A stretch of 64,000 nucleotides of DNA from Patescibacteria group bacterium (GTDB lineage: Bacteria > Patescibacteriota > UBA1384 > GWA2-35-9 > JBASTP01): assembly GCA_049274945.1 (NCBI GenBank), contig JBASTP010000002.1, positions 1,125-65,124 on the forward strand, read 5' to 3'. The notes beneath the pieces are model-generated. The model was not told the origin of the DNA, did no database searches, and worked only from the letters and a program-made list of their open reading frames with translations. Position numbers and translations under genes: made by a program. Below, piece after piece: positions 37,266-46,600 of this stretch. The first letter of the stretch is position 1; each line of letters starts with the position of its first letter.

Positions 37266-39731
37266 TTAAACTTTTACTAATGGTTCGTTACTCCCTGTTG
37301 GCACACTCGCCGGTTTGGTACGCTCGGTAAGCTCGCTCTCGATCATCTTGCGGTCCTTGCCGTAGGAAAGCCTCGAAAGTTGCCTCGTTGCCTCTGCCAT
37401 TTGCTTATCCTTAACGACTGGCGATTTGATCCCGCGCATCGAGAAGGGTTTGCTGGGGGTGCCGTCAATCAGCAGTTTAACATATGTCGAGAACCGGTCA
37501 AGGTTCGCAAGGTCGTCAATCGACACCCCCGGGAACTCCTTGACCATAAACTCGGCGTCAGACGCGCCGATCCGGTAACTGATAAGCGTGCCGGCGTTGC
37601 CGACCACTGAATCGCGGATCTTTTCGGTGAGCTGGGCAATATATTGGTTGGTGATATGGAGGCCAATGTGGTACTTGCGCGCTTCAGAGAGAATGGTGGC
37701 AAAGCTGTCGGTTGTGAAATTTTGGAACTCGTCAACGTAGACGTAAAAATCTCTGCGCTCTTCCTCGGGGGTGTCGGCCCGCGAAAACGCGGCGGTCTGG
37801 AGCTTGGCAATAATAATCATGCCCAAAAGGTAGCTATTCATCTCGCCGATCTTGCCCTTGGACAGGTTAACCAGCAGGATTTTGCGATCGTCCATTAGCT
37901 TGCGCATATCAAACCCTGATTTAGCCTGGCCAATGATGTTCCGCATTAAGTCGTTCGTCATAAATCGGCCGAATTTGGAAATAAAATAGTTGTACATTTC
38001 GGACTTATGGAAATCGGCCGTTTTGGCGAGCTGCTGCTCCCAAAAACTCCGCACCACGGGATCGGTCACAAAACTCACCGCGCGTTCGCGGAAACTGTCG
38101 TCGGTAAAGAGGCGCGGAATCTCAATGAGCGAGCCGCCTTCGGGCAGGTTCATCACCGTGAGGGCGGCATTGCGGCCCCAGTGCTCGAATTGGGGCCCTA
38201 CAATGCCGGTGCGGTTGGGATCGTACAGCTTGTAGAAAATCTCGATCCATTCCTGGATCAAAAAGTCCTTTTCCTCGGGCCGCTTCCACTCCAGGAGGTT
38301 CAGCCCAACCGGCCGCTCGGTGTCTGAGGGGTCAAACAGAATTACATCTTCTGCCCGCTCCTTGGGAATCTTGGCGAGAATCGATTCAATGGCATCGCCC
38401 AGCGGATCAATAAAGCAGCAGCCGGCGCCCGAACGAATATCCTGCTCGATCATGTTTTCAAACAGCGTCGTCTTGCCTACGCCAGTTTTGCCGATCATGA
38501 AAATGTGGCGGAGCCGATCAGGCGGCTTAATGCGCACCTCGTTGGTCTCGCCCCGATAGACCGACTCGCCAATCACCGTGCCCTCCCGGGGCAGGTTTGG
38601 CGGCGGCGCCAAGACTTTGCTCATCATCCAGCGGATGTTCGGGGTGTCGGTGTAGCGATTGGGCAGGTGAAAGAGCGAGGCGAGCTCCTCGGAGTTCATA
38701 ATCAGTGACTTGGCCCTGTCAAAAGTCCGGAAAATGAAATCTGTGGCAACTTGGGCCGAATCTCGGGCAATAATCGGCTTAAAGCCGTTCCAGGCCGGTG
38801 TGGCAAACTGGGAGAAGGCCGAAACAATGTTGTCGCGGTGGGCCTGGGCGGTCATGGCATCCGGGCCAACCGCCACAATGCGGATCACGGTCTTGAACCC
38901 GGGCTTACTCCCCTTCTCGTTGAACGCCTTCATGAGATCCTCCTGTACCGGTGTCAGCCGCCAGGATTTGTTGCCGCTGCTCTCGGGCCCGGCCCTGCCT
39001 GCAGCCGAGGCCGCTACCCCGCCCGAGAACGCCTCAAAAAGCTCGTGGACCACCCGCATGGTTGGTGAGCGGTAGATGTAGCCGGTTTTGCCCTCGAGCA
39101 CGTGTTTGGCGGCAATCGCCGGGTGCACCCGCCAGCCCTCATCGAGCGGTTTAATGAGAATCTGAATCGCCGCGGCTGATTTATCGCCCAGTTTGGCAAA
39201 GGCGCCGGTCAGGTTATTGATCGGATCTGCCTCCAGATATTTGAAGGTGCGGATCGGAAAAATGAACCGCTTGGTGAACTCGAGGGTTGCGGCGGCGATC
39301 ATGCCCTTGGTTTGGAAAATGTTGTGCCCGGTCGCCCGCTCAACCGAAACCTTGGGGAAAAAACTGTAGAGCTGCCGCTCTAAAAGACTCGCCAGGTGGC
39401 CCGGGCAGGAAACGTAAAAAGAAACCAAATTACCCTCAACCACCATCTCAAAACACATAATATCCTGCTCGCCGGTCAGCTTGTGGGCTAAATCGCGTTT
39501 GAGAGTGGAAGATAACGAGGCAAAAAATTGTTCAGTGGGCGCGAGCGCCTCCTTAAAATCCTTAGGTTGGTTGGCATTAGCATCATCCTGCTGACGGAAA
39601 ATCTCTTTTGGCATGGTCACGAGAAATGTGACTTGATCAACAATATGGTGGGCCTTGTGCTTGCGAACATGGCGCCAAACCACAAAAAGCCCAATCGCCC
39701 AGAGTACAAGGAAGAGGAGAAGGTAAATCAT
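37266..39731 (-). CDS. membrane-anchored DUF87/VirB4/HerA-like P-loop ATPase paralog (821 aa)
   Basis: HIFMIGKTGVGKTT, FIDPLGD, FYVYVDEFQNF, ARKYHIGLHITNQY; same architecture as 34040..36655. Confidence 0.8.
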   Translation of the reverse strand: MIYLLLFLVLWAIGLFVVWRHVRKHKAHHIVDQVTFLVTMPKEIFRQQDDANANQPKDFKEALAPTEQFFASLSSTLKRDLAHKLTGEQDIMCFEMVVEGNLVSFYVSCPGHLASLLERQLYSFFPKVSVERATGHNIFQTKGMIAAATLEFTKRFIFPIRTFKYLEADPINNLTGAFAKLGDKSAAAIQILIKPLDEGWRVHPAIAAKHVLEGKTGYIYRSPTMRVVHELFEAFSGGVAASAAGRAGPESSGNKSWRLTPVQEDLMKAFNEKGSKPGFKTVIRIVAVGPDAMTAQAHRDNIVSAFSQFATPAWNGFKPIIARDSAQVATDFIFRTFDRAKSLIMNSEELASLFHLPNRYTDTPNIRWMMSKVLAPPPNLPREGTVIGESVYRGETNEVRIKPPDRLRHIFMIGKTGVGKTTLFENMIEQDIRSGAGCCFIDPLGDAIESILAKIPKERAEDVILFDPSDTERPVGLNLLEWKRPEEKDFLIQEWIEIFYKLYDPNRTGIVGPQFEHWGRNAALTVMNLPEGGSLIEIPRLFTDDSFRERAVSFVTDPVVRSFWEQQLAKTADFHKSEMYNYFISKFGRFMTNDLMRNIIGQAKSGFDMRKLMDDRKILLVNLSKGKIGEMNSYLLGMIIIAKLQTAAFSRADTPEEERRDFYVYVDEFQNFTTDSFATILSEARKYHIGLHITNQYIAQLTEKIRDSVVGNAGTLISYRIGASDAEFMVKEFPGVSIDDLANLDRFSTYVKLLIDGTPSKPFSMRGIKSPVVKDKQMAEATRQLSRLSYGKDRKMIESELTERTKPASVPTGSNEPLVKV

Positions 39732-40141
39732 GCTACTTGCTCCTTTTGCCCTAGGTCGTGGTGGGCCTCAATATGCGCGGGTCTCAGTTGGTTAACCCCT
39801 GCTTGAATATCTGCAGGGCCCTTTGCTTTATTCATAAGCTCTCGAATACTCCGCTCGGCGTCATCAGGATGAGAAATGTCTAGAATTTGCTTTCCCACCT
39901 GCCTAGCTGGCGCGCTAACCACTTGCTGTACCTGATCTGGAAGATCTTTGATAGTATCTTGAACGGCCTCGAGTCGCTCTTTTGTTGCAGCGGCTTCAGC
40001 TTGGTGGTCTGGTTGCCCCTGGACTACCTCAGGTTGGGTAACCTGGGACGGTTTAGACACCTCAAAAGAAGCAGCTACTTTGGCGGCTAATTCCTGCTCA
40101 GTTCCTCCCCCTGCTCCTGGTTGTGGTACTGCACTAGGCAA
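39728..40141 (-). CDS. hypothetical protein (137 aa), start-stop overlap (ATGA) with downstream ATPase
   Basis: ORF track. Confidence 0.45.
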   Translation of the reverse strand: MPSAVPQPGAGGGTEQELAAKVAASFEVSKPSQVTQPEVVQGQPDHQAEAAATKERLEAVQDTIKDLPDQVQQVVSAPARQVGKQILDISHPDDAERSIRELMNKAKGPADIQAGVNQLRPAHIEAHHDLGQKEQVA

Positions 40142-40261
40142 AACAGCCCTCCCTTTTGCTATTAGAGCCTACCTAGTACTCAAAAATACCAGCTTTTGAT
40201 CGGGGTGTCAAAGAAAATAATAGAAAAATTCGATCATATAATGCCGTAGCTTGCCTGATGA

Positions 40262-40400
40262 GGGGCAGTTGCTAGCGCCACAGGAAGCGAAGCGCTCCTG
40301 CCCCGCGGAGCTGCCTGGACGACGGGACCCATCGAAGATGGGCAGGAGTTACCAAGCAGCGGAGCGGAAGGTCCCGCCGTAGGCGGGATAGAGTGCTGCC
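40262..40400. repeat. GC-rich modular repeat family, copy C (more diverged)
   Basis: Identical 20-mer gttgctagcgccacaggaag; ccccgcggagc and gggatagag..gccccgag blocks. Confidence 0.55.
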
Positions 40401-40426
40401 CCGAGTGGGCAAGCAGGCATTATTAT

Positions 40427-40933
40427 TTATTTCAACTCAATCTTGCCACCAGCCGCTTCGATCTTCTTTTTGGCTTCTTCCGCTGCGTCTTTCTTGGCGT
40501 CTTTCAAGAGTTCTTTGGGCGGGGCGTCAACAAGGTCCTTGGCTTCTTTGAGGCCAAGGTCTGAGCGAATTTCCCGCACGGCTTTAATCACGGCGATTTT
40601 CTGGGCGCCAGAATCGGTGAGTACTACGGTGAACGATGATTTTTCATCTGCGGCATCGGCACCAGCAGCTGGTGCGGCACCGGCCGCGGGAGCGGCCATC
40701 ATTGCGGCCGATACGCCAAAGCGGTCTTCAAGTTCCTTGACAAGCTCGGCTAAATCGGCAACCTTGAGGTTCTCGATTTCTTTGATGATATCTTTAAACT
40801 TGCCGCTTGGTGCCGCCTTTTCTTCTTTGGCTGGCGCCGCTGGCTTTTCTTCAGCTTTATCTTCTTCAACGTTTGCCTCTTCGGCTTTTGGTTCTTCTGT
40901 TTTAGTTTCTTCTTTTGGTTGTTCGTCGGCCAT
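40427..40933 (-). CDS. rplL: 50S ribosomal protein L7/L12 with ~45-aa Lys/Glu-rich N-terminal extension
   Basis: [26 protein letters not shown]...[22 protein letters not shown]. Confidence 0.9.
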   Translation of the reverse strand: MADEQPKEETKTEEPKAEEANVEEDKAEEKPAAPAKEEKAAPSGKFKDIIKEIENLKVADLAELVKELEDRFGVSAAMMAAPAAGAAPAAGADAADEKSSFTVVLTDSGAQKIAVIKAVREIRSDLGLKEAKDLVDAPPKELLKDAKKDAAEEAKKKIEAAGGKIELK

Positions 40934-40949
40934 ACTATTTCTCCATTAT

Positions 40950-41046
40950 AAGGTAGTAAAACAACCACTGATGTTAATCCACTGATAATCACTGATTGGG
41001 CATACCTGATCTGTGTTTATCTGTGGATCAAATATCTGTGGTTGTA
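40950..41046. repeat. intergenic palindromic repeat, copy 4
   Basis: taaggtagtaaaacaaccactgatgttaatccactgataatcactgatt...atctgtgtttatctgtggatcaaatatctgtggttg. Confidence 0.85.
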
Positions 41047-41067
41047 CTCCTTCATTACTTATTAATT

Positions 41068-41583
41068 TTAACTTTTACTTGACATATATTGTCTCAACAC
41101 ACTCGCCACTCCCCTACCTGGCCAGGAAAGCGCGTTGACAAACCTGAAGATCGGCGCATTCAACGTTCCCACCAATTTTGCCTTCAGCTCATCGGCACTT
41201 GGCAACGCGGCGAATACGGCAATCTTTGCTTGATCAATGTTCTCGCCCTCCACATAGCCGCCGTAGATACTTAGATTCGGGTGGTCTTTGGTAAACTCTT
41301 TCAAAATCTTGGCGCTAGCCAGGTAATCCTCGCCCGTTAGTAAGGCAATCGGCTTGTCGAGCAGCTCTTTCGGGAGCGCCTTGCCTATTTTCTCGAGCGC
41401 CTTAGCGAGCAGACGGGTTTTAATAACGCGGACCTTCGCCGACTTGACGCGGAGCAGGCCTCGCAGCTCACTCATCTCGGGGTACATAAGGCCGGCAAAC
41501 CCGACGAAATACCAAGATTCTTGGGTTTTGAGCTCGTCGGAAAGTTTATTTACCAGTTCGATTTTTTGGGCTTTTTTGAGCAT
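41068..41583 (-). CDS. rplJ: 50S ribosomal protein L10
   Basis: L10 family pattern. Confidence 0.9.
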   Translation of the reverse strand: MLKKAQKIELVNKLSDELKTQESWYFVGFAGLMYPEMSELRGLLRVKSAKVRVIKTRLLAKALEKIGKALPKELLDKPIALLTGEDYLASAKILKEFTKDHPNLSIYGGYVEGENIDQAKIAVFAALPSADELKAKLVGTLNAPIFRFVNALSWPGRGVASVLRQYMSSKS

Positions 41584-41768
41584 GATATTAAAAAAATCTG
41601 CGGTCGCAGACTGTGAAAGTAGTCAGTAGTTAGTAGTCAGGAGAAACCCTGACTACTGAACCCTGATTACTTGTGCGCGTACGCGCACCCGTCTCGGTAG
41701 GAATTATGGCCGCCTGTGGCGAGCCGCCTACGGTCTGCGACTAACGCTATTTAACCAACAATTGTGGG

Positions 41769-42482
41769 TTATGTCAAGGCCAGTTTAACCCCCGGGCCCA
41801 TGGTGGATGAGAGCACGGCCCCCGCGAGGCGGGTGCGGGGCAGAACTTTGAGCAGCGCCTCAACGTTGGCTTTGATTTTGGCAGCGTCCCAGGAGACTTT
41901 ACCAACGGCTACGTGGATATTGCCCAGTGAATCGGCGCGGTACTCAATTTTGCCCTTAGTAAACTCCTCGGCAGCCTTCTTGGCATCTTCCACAATAGTG
42001 CCGGCCTTAGGATTGGGCATCAGCCCCTTGGGCCCGAGCACCTTCGCCACTTTAGCTAATTTTGGCATCATCGCTGCCTCGGCTAGCAGGACATCGAACT
42101 CGAGTTTGCCTTTGGCGATCTCCTCGATCAAACTGTCCGAGGCAATGGCAACTTTTGGGAGTTTTGGCGTGCCAGCTGGCAACGTGAGCGTGCCGCGCAG
42201 CGCGTCTTGCCCCTTTTTGCTAAGCGTGGCAATGTGAAATTCAATCGTGCCGTCGAACTTGGTCCATGAAGTCTTTTTTGCGAGCTCGATCGCTTCGTCA
42301 AGATCGTAGCGATTGCGGCGGTCTACTTGGGAGCGTGCTTCAATAAACCGTTTGCCGCGCACGCGGGGCGGGCGGACCCGCTGCACCTTCTTCTTTTCTT
42401 CTTCAACTTTAGCAGGAGCAGCTTCGTTAGTTCCTGGCTGCTCTTGTAAGTCTTGAATTACTTTGGTCTTGGTTTGGCCCAT
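41769..42482 (-). CDS. rplA: 50S ribosomal protein L1 (N-terminal extension)
   Basis: L1 family pattern (KFDGTIEFHIATL...). Confidence 0.92.
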   Translation of the reverse strand: MGQTKTKVIQDLQEQPGTNEAAPAKVEEEKKKVQRVRPPRVRGKRFIEARSQVDRRNRYDLDEAIELAKKTSWTKFDGTIEFHIATLSKKGQDALRGTLTLPAGTPKLPKVAIASDSLIEEIAKGKLEFDVLLAEAAMMPKLAKVAKVLGPKGLMPNPKAGTIVEDAKKAAEEFTKGKIEYRADSLGNIHVAVGKVSWDAAKIKANVEALLKVLPRTRLAGAVLSSTMGPGVKLALT

Positions 42483-42498
42483 GATAATTTTCCTTAAA

Positions 42499-42597
42499 AA
42501 GGTAGGTAAACAACCACTGATGTTAATCCACTGATAATCACTGATTGGGGCATACCTGATCTGTGTTTATCTGTGGATCAAATATCTGTGGTTGTGG
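42499..42597. repeat. intergenic palindromic repeat, copy 5
   Basis: Near-identical to copy 4. Confidence 0.85.
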
Positions 42598-42607
42598 TAC
42601 TTCATGC

Positions 42608-43099
42608 TTAAATTGTGATTGTTTTTTCCTCAAACTTCCCTGTACCAAGTGAGTCTAGCACAAGCTGAGCGGCAGCGTCAATCACCTTCTCCAGCTCCTC
42701 TATCTCGCTTTTGGTGAATGACTTGAGCACATACTCCTCGGCCTCCACGCCCTGGGGCGGCCGTGAAACACCAATGCGCACGCGCACAAAATCATCAGAA
42801 CCGAGGGTATCAATAATTGACTGCACTCCCTTATGCCCGCCCGAGGCCCCGCCCATTCGCACCCGCAGAGTCCCCAGCGGTAGGTCGATATCATCATGAA
42901 TCACCACCAACTCCCCTACTCTATCCTTGAACTGTGCCACTGCCTCGCCCGACCGGTTCATGAAGGTGTCAGGTTTAATAATTTTGAGTTTTGAGTTTTG
43001 AGTTTTGAGTTGAATCTTATCCGCCACCATAAAACCCACGTTGTGGCGCGTATTTTCGTATTTTTTACCCGGATTCCCGAGAGCGACGATGGTATACAT
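42608..43099 (-). CDS. pth: peptidyl-tRNA hydrolase
   Basis: IVALGNPGKKYENTRHNVGF; contains in-frame (TTTTGAG)x4 heptamer run at 42978..43010. Confidence 0.92.
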   Translation of the reverse strand: MYTIVALGNPGKKYENTRHNVGFMVADKIQLKTQNSKLKIIKPDTFMNRSGEAVAQFKDRVGELVVIHDDIDLPLGTLRVRMGGASGGHKGVQSIIDTLGSDDFVRVRIGVSRPPQGVEAEEYVLKSFTKSEIEELEKVIDAAAQLVLDSLGTGKFEEKTITI

Positions 43100-43110
43100 C
43101 TTATCTTAAT

Positions 43111-43205
43111 GAAGTTATACAACCACTGATATCTGATCCACTGATAACCACTGATTATACCTAGCGTGATCTGTGTTGATCTGTGGCATAAATCTGTGGT
43201 TGTGG
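43111..43205. repeat. intergenic palindromic repeat, copy 6
   Basis: gaagttatacaaccactgatatctgatccactgataaccactgatt...gatctgtggcataaatctgtggttg. Confidence 0.85.
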
Positions 43206-43219
43206 TCCTACCTTATTTA

Positions 43220-43525
43220 TCACATTCCCGGCAGGTTCACGCCCAAATCTTTCATCACGCCCTTGGTCTTCTCCGCTGCCATGGTTTGAGCTTGAGAAAT
43301 CGCTTCTGCCATCACCTTAATGAGCGTTTTTTCTAGCCCATCTTTGTTGTCGGGCCGCAAGGCGCTTGCGTCAATCTTGAGATCCACAATATGCTGCTCG
43401 CCGTTGATCACTACAGCCACCGTGCCATCGTCAGAACGCGCTTCGATCTCCGTTTCCTTGAGCTCTTTCTGAATGTCTTTTGCTTTTTTCTGCAGTTCGT
43501 AAAGTTGTTTGAATTTGTCGAGCAT
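43220..43525 (-). CDS. ybaB: YbaB/EbfC nucleoid-associated protein
   Basis: Family pattern, ~100 aa. Confidence 0.88.
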   Translation of the reverse strand: MLDKFKQLYELQKKAKDIQKELKETEIEARSDDGTVAVVINGEQHIVDLKIDASALRPDNKDGLEKTLIKVMAEAISQAQTMAAEKTKGVMKDLGVNLPGM

Positions 43526-43541
43526 AATGTTAACCTCTAAA

Positions 43542-43634
43542 GGAAGTTATACAACCACTGATATTTAATCCACTGATAGACACTGATTTAGGTATCTTAT
43601 CTGTGATTATCTGTGGCATAAATCTGTGGTTGTA
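43542..43634. repeat. intergenic palindromic repeat, copy 7
   Basis: ggaagttatacaaccactgatatttaatccactgatagacactgatt...ttatctgtggcataaatctgtggttg. Confidence 0.85.
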
Positions 43635-43647
43635 GTCCTACCTTATT

Positions 43648-44613
43648 TTATTTAGGTTGCTGTTTTAAATATTCTTGCACAAATTGGTCGAGTCCGCCAC
43701 CCAGCACGCTTGCCGTATCGGCCGTTTCATACCCGGTGCGGTGGTCTTTGACGAGTTGGTACGGCTGCAGCACGTAGCTGCGAATTTGGTTACCCCACTC
43801 GACCGATAATTTCTCGCCGCGCAATTCATCGACTTTTTCTTTGTGCTTTTGCTGCAGTAACGTCGCGAGCTTGGCTTTGATGACTTTCATGGCGATTTCT
43901 CTGTTTTGCGACTGTGATCGCTCGTTCTGGATCGCCACGGTAATGCCGGTTGGCACATGGGTTACCCGAACCGCGGTCTCCAACTTGTTGACATTCTGGC
44001 CGCCGTGGCCGCCCGCGCGGTAGGTATCAATTTTGAGGTCTTGCGCCGGAATATCTGCCACGGTTTGCGATTCAATTTCCGGCACGATTTCAACGAGCGA
44101 AAAACTGGTATGTCGCGCTTTATCGGCGTCGTAGGGCGAGATCCGCACCAGCCGGTGCACGCCAGCTTCGGATTTAAGCAGGCCATAGGCGCTGCCCCCG
44201 CTCACTTTGGCCTGGGCTGATTTTATGCCTGCTTCCTGGCCGGCCGACTCTTCGAGCAATTGGAATGTGAGCCCTTTGCGCTCGCTGTAGCGGCGGTACA
44301 TTTCAAGGAGCATGCTGGCCCAATCTTGGGCTTCGGTGCCGCCGGCGCCGGCGTGGATTCCCAGGTAGGCGGGCTTGTCGTCGTAGGGGCCGGAAAACTG
44401 GGCAAGCTGCGTAAGCGGCGCGAGGTCGGCATCGGTTTGCGCCGCGTCAAATTGCCCAATTAAGCCCTGGAGCTGGCTGTACTGGCTCGAAACCGCCCGC
44501 GCATTTTCTTGATCGCGCCAAAAATCAGGCGCAGCCATCGCGGTTTCAAACTCGCGCACCTGTGCCCGCTTTTCGTCGATTTTGAGCAATGCTCCAATTT
44601 CTACCTTATTCAT
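43648..44613 (-). CDS. prfB: peptide chain release factor 2 (no programmed +1 frameshift apparent)
   Basis: GGQ motif ([11 protein letters not shown]), SPY(F) motif; ATG 44613 (ORF track begins at TTG). Confidence 0.85.
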   Translation of the reverse strand: MNKVEIGALLKIDEKRAQVREFETAMAAPDFWRDQENARAVSSQYSQLQGLIGQFDAAQTDADLAPLTQLAQFSGPYDDKPAYLGIHAGAGGTEAQDWASMLLEMYRRYSERKGLTFQLLEESAGQEAGIKSAQAKVSGGSAYGLLKSEAGVHRLVRISPYDADKARHTSFSLVEIVPEIESQTVADIPAQDLKIDTYRAGGHGGQNVNKLETAVRVTHVPTGITVAIQNERSQSQNREIAMKVIKAKLATLLQQKHKEKVDELRGEKLSVEWGNQIRSYVLQPYQLVKDHRTGYETADTASVLGGGLDQFVQEYLKQQPK

Positions 44614-44616
44614 AAT

Positions 44617-44666
44617 GAAGTTAAACAACCACTGATATTAAACCACAGATAACCACTGATAATTAC
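44617..44666. repeat. intergenic palindromic repeat, half copy 8 (left arm only)
   Basis: gaagttaaacaaccactgatattaaaccacagataaccactgataatt. Confidence 0.7.
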
Positions 44667-45044
44667 TTACTTGATGAGGCGTTTGATTTTAATACCATTA
44701 GGAGTAATAAGACAGAGTAGCCCAATACGCAATTTTTCAGCCTTAAGATAACTCAGTATTTGTTGCACATGGCTATTATAAAATTCATTTGCAACTTTTA
44801 ATTCAACGACTACCTTATTATCAACCAAAAAATCGGTGTAATAGCGACCCACTGGCTTTCCGGCAATTTGCACTAATCCATACTGCTCTCGCTTGAAAGG
44901 GATAGCATGATGCTCAAGCTTATAGGCAAATGCGCGTTGATAAAATCGTTCTTGGTAGCCAAACTGTAACTCGTTGAACACTTCGAATATCAAACCAATG
45001 ATGCGTTTTGTTAATTCGCTGTAAGGATACTCCTTCAGGGGCAT
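44667..45044 (-). CDS. GxxExxY family protein
   Basis: Length and pattern (ERFYQRAF...VVELKV) typical of GxxExxY/PD-(D/E)xK-like small proteins. Confidence 0.7.
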   Translation of the reverse strand: MPLKEYPYSELTKRIIGLIFEVFNELQFGYQERFYQRAFAYKLEHHAIPFKREQYGLVQIAGKPVGRYYTDFLVDNKVVVELKVANEFYNSHVQQILSYLKAEKLRIGLLCLITPNGIKIKRLIK

Positions 45045-45087
45045 AACGGCCCTATTTTACCAGAAAACCCTGGCTTATCCCAGGGTT

Positions 45088-45137
45088 TTCTTATCTGTGT
45101 TTATCAGTGGATCAGATATCTGTGGTTGTAGTCCTAC
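45088..45137. repeat. intergenic palindromic repeat, half copy 9 (right arm only)
   Basis: cttatctgtgtttatcagtggatcagatatctgtggttgtagtcctacc. Confidence 0.7.
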
Positions 45138-45147
45138 CTTATTATTG

Positions 45148-45837
45148 TTATCCGAGTAGCGCGTCGAGCAGTTTGCGCTCTTTGCGGTAGCGGCCGTAGG
45201 TCAGAGAAGCGGCGGCGAGCGATGCGGCGGTAAAGCCGTCGAGCGCACCAGCTTTGGGAAGCTGCTTAGGCTTAACGGGATTAGTTTCCTGCTTTGGAGC
45301 TTGAGCAACTACTGTGGCTGGGCTGGTTGAGGATTGGGCTGATCCGCCCGCACCGCCGGCACCACCACCTGCGCCGCCGCCAGATCCGCCTGCGCCACCT
45401 GTAGCAGTTACCGAACCACTACCAGAACTTGAGGATGCGGCTCCGCCTCCTCCACCGGCGCCTCCTGCGGCACCTGAAGAACCGGTAGCAGCAGCGCCAC
45501 CACCGCCTCCGCCACCACCGCCTCCGCCGGCTGCGGTAGCTACTTGATTAGAACCCGAAGAGCTAGACGCGGCACCGCCACCGCCTCCACCTCCACCAGC
45601 GCCGCCACCTGCGGCCGAACCGGTCGAACTAGAGGATGCGGCTCCGCCGCCTCCACCGCCACCGCCGGCACCACCGGCGGCACCTGAAGAACCGGCTGAA
45701 CCGCTCGCACCCGCGGTGCCTGAAGCACCCGGTGCGCCAGCAGCTCCGCCAGCACCGCCCGTAGCTTGCGCTAAGGCAGCGGCAGCTAACATAACAGAGA
45801 GAATGATTGATGAAGAAATGATTAGATACTTTTTCAT
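45148..45837 (-). CDS. Gly/Ala/Ser-rich secreted low-complexity protein with C-terminal LPKAG sortase-like sorting signal
   Basis: Signal peptide, long G/A/S repeats, QLPKAG + hydrophobic stretch + RYRKERK tail; AAGGAG RBS. Confidence 0.6.
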   Translation of the reverse strand: MKKYLIISSSIILSVMLAAAALAQATGGAGGAAGAPGASGTAGASGSAGSSGAAGGAGGGGGGGGAASSSSTGSAAGGGAGGGGGGGGAASSSSGSNQVATAAGGGGGGGGGGGAAATGSSGAAGGAGGGGGAASSSSGSGSVTATGGAGGSGGGAGGGAGGAGGSAQSSTSPATVVAQAPKQETNPVKPKQLPKAGALDGFTAASLAAASLTYGRYRKERKLLDALLG

Positions 45838-45925
45838 GCCTATGACTCCTTTATTAGTAAACACTTGATTATATACCTTTTTTCTATTTTGTCAACCCCT
45901 CCTACCCATAATAAAAGCTCCTTGC

Positions 45926-46474
45926 TTACAGGGCAAACAAGGAGCGGGCGATGATGAGGTAAACGAGTGAACTTTCCAGGATTGCCTGAGTCATGAGCCA
46001 GAGCAGGACTCGTAGCCTCGAAAGGCCCAGCACGTTGGCATTGATTACAAACCTGCCAAGGCACAAAACCAGGCATGCTGAAGCCACAATCTCTCCCATG
46101 AGGATAAGGTAGCACGCGGCGTCACTCGGGACTGCTGGCAGCGTAAGCGCCTGGAACCACCAGCCGGCAACCAGCAGAGTAATGCAGAACCCTTGGCCAG
46201 CCACCACGCCATAGTTTAGCCCTGGAATCTGCTGATCAAAGCTGTGCATGAACAGCAGCACTCCGAATACACTACAGATTATGGTTATGATGAGCACTTC
46301 GGCAGCCGCCTGCTCGCGTTCAAGGTTTGATGCTGCCCATTTATTGCGCAAGGCCAGCATAGTGAACAGTACGTAACAAAAAATGGTTAGGCTACCGACT
46401 ACTGAAATCTTGAAGCTGTCCCAATGGTCATAGTCTTGTAATTCGGCCGGGATTTGATTGTCAACGTCCGTCAT
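45926..46474 (-). CDS. integral membrane hypothetical protein
   Basis: 4-5 predicted TM helices; GGAGGG RBS before ATG 46474. Confidence 0.5.
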   Translation of the reverse strand: MTDVDNQIPAELQDYDHWDSFKISVVGSLTIFCYVLFTMLALRNKWAASNLEREQAAAEVLIITIICSVFGVLLFMHSFDQQIPGLNYGVVAGQGFCITLLVAGWWFQALTLPAVPSDAACYLILMGEIVASACLVLCLGRFVINANVLGLSRLRVLLWLMTQAILESSLVYLIIARSLFAL

Positions 46475-46600
46475 TTTTCCCTCCGTTCCAAACAATCTAT
46501 ACCATAATAGATTACTTTGGACAAAAGAAAAAGGGGTGCACCGTGCGGTGCACCCCCTGTGGTCCCGATAAATCGGGACCAACCCCTCCGGACTGCGTTA

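Noticed and set aside
40443-40985. 180-aa plus-strand ORF
   Set aside because: Antisense to rplL; an Ala/Ser-rich shadow.
45314-45755. Pro/Ala-rich ORFs on both strands inside the Gly-rich surface protein gene
   Set aside because: Low-complexity GC-repeat artefacts of the GGx codon tract.
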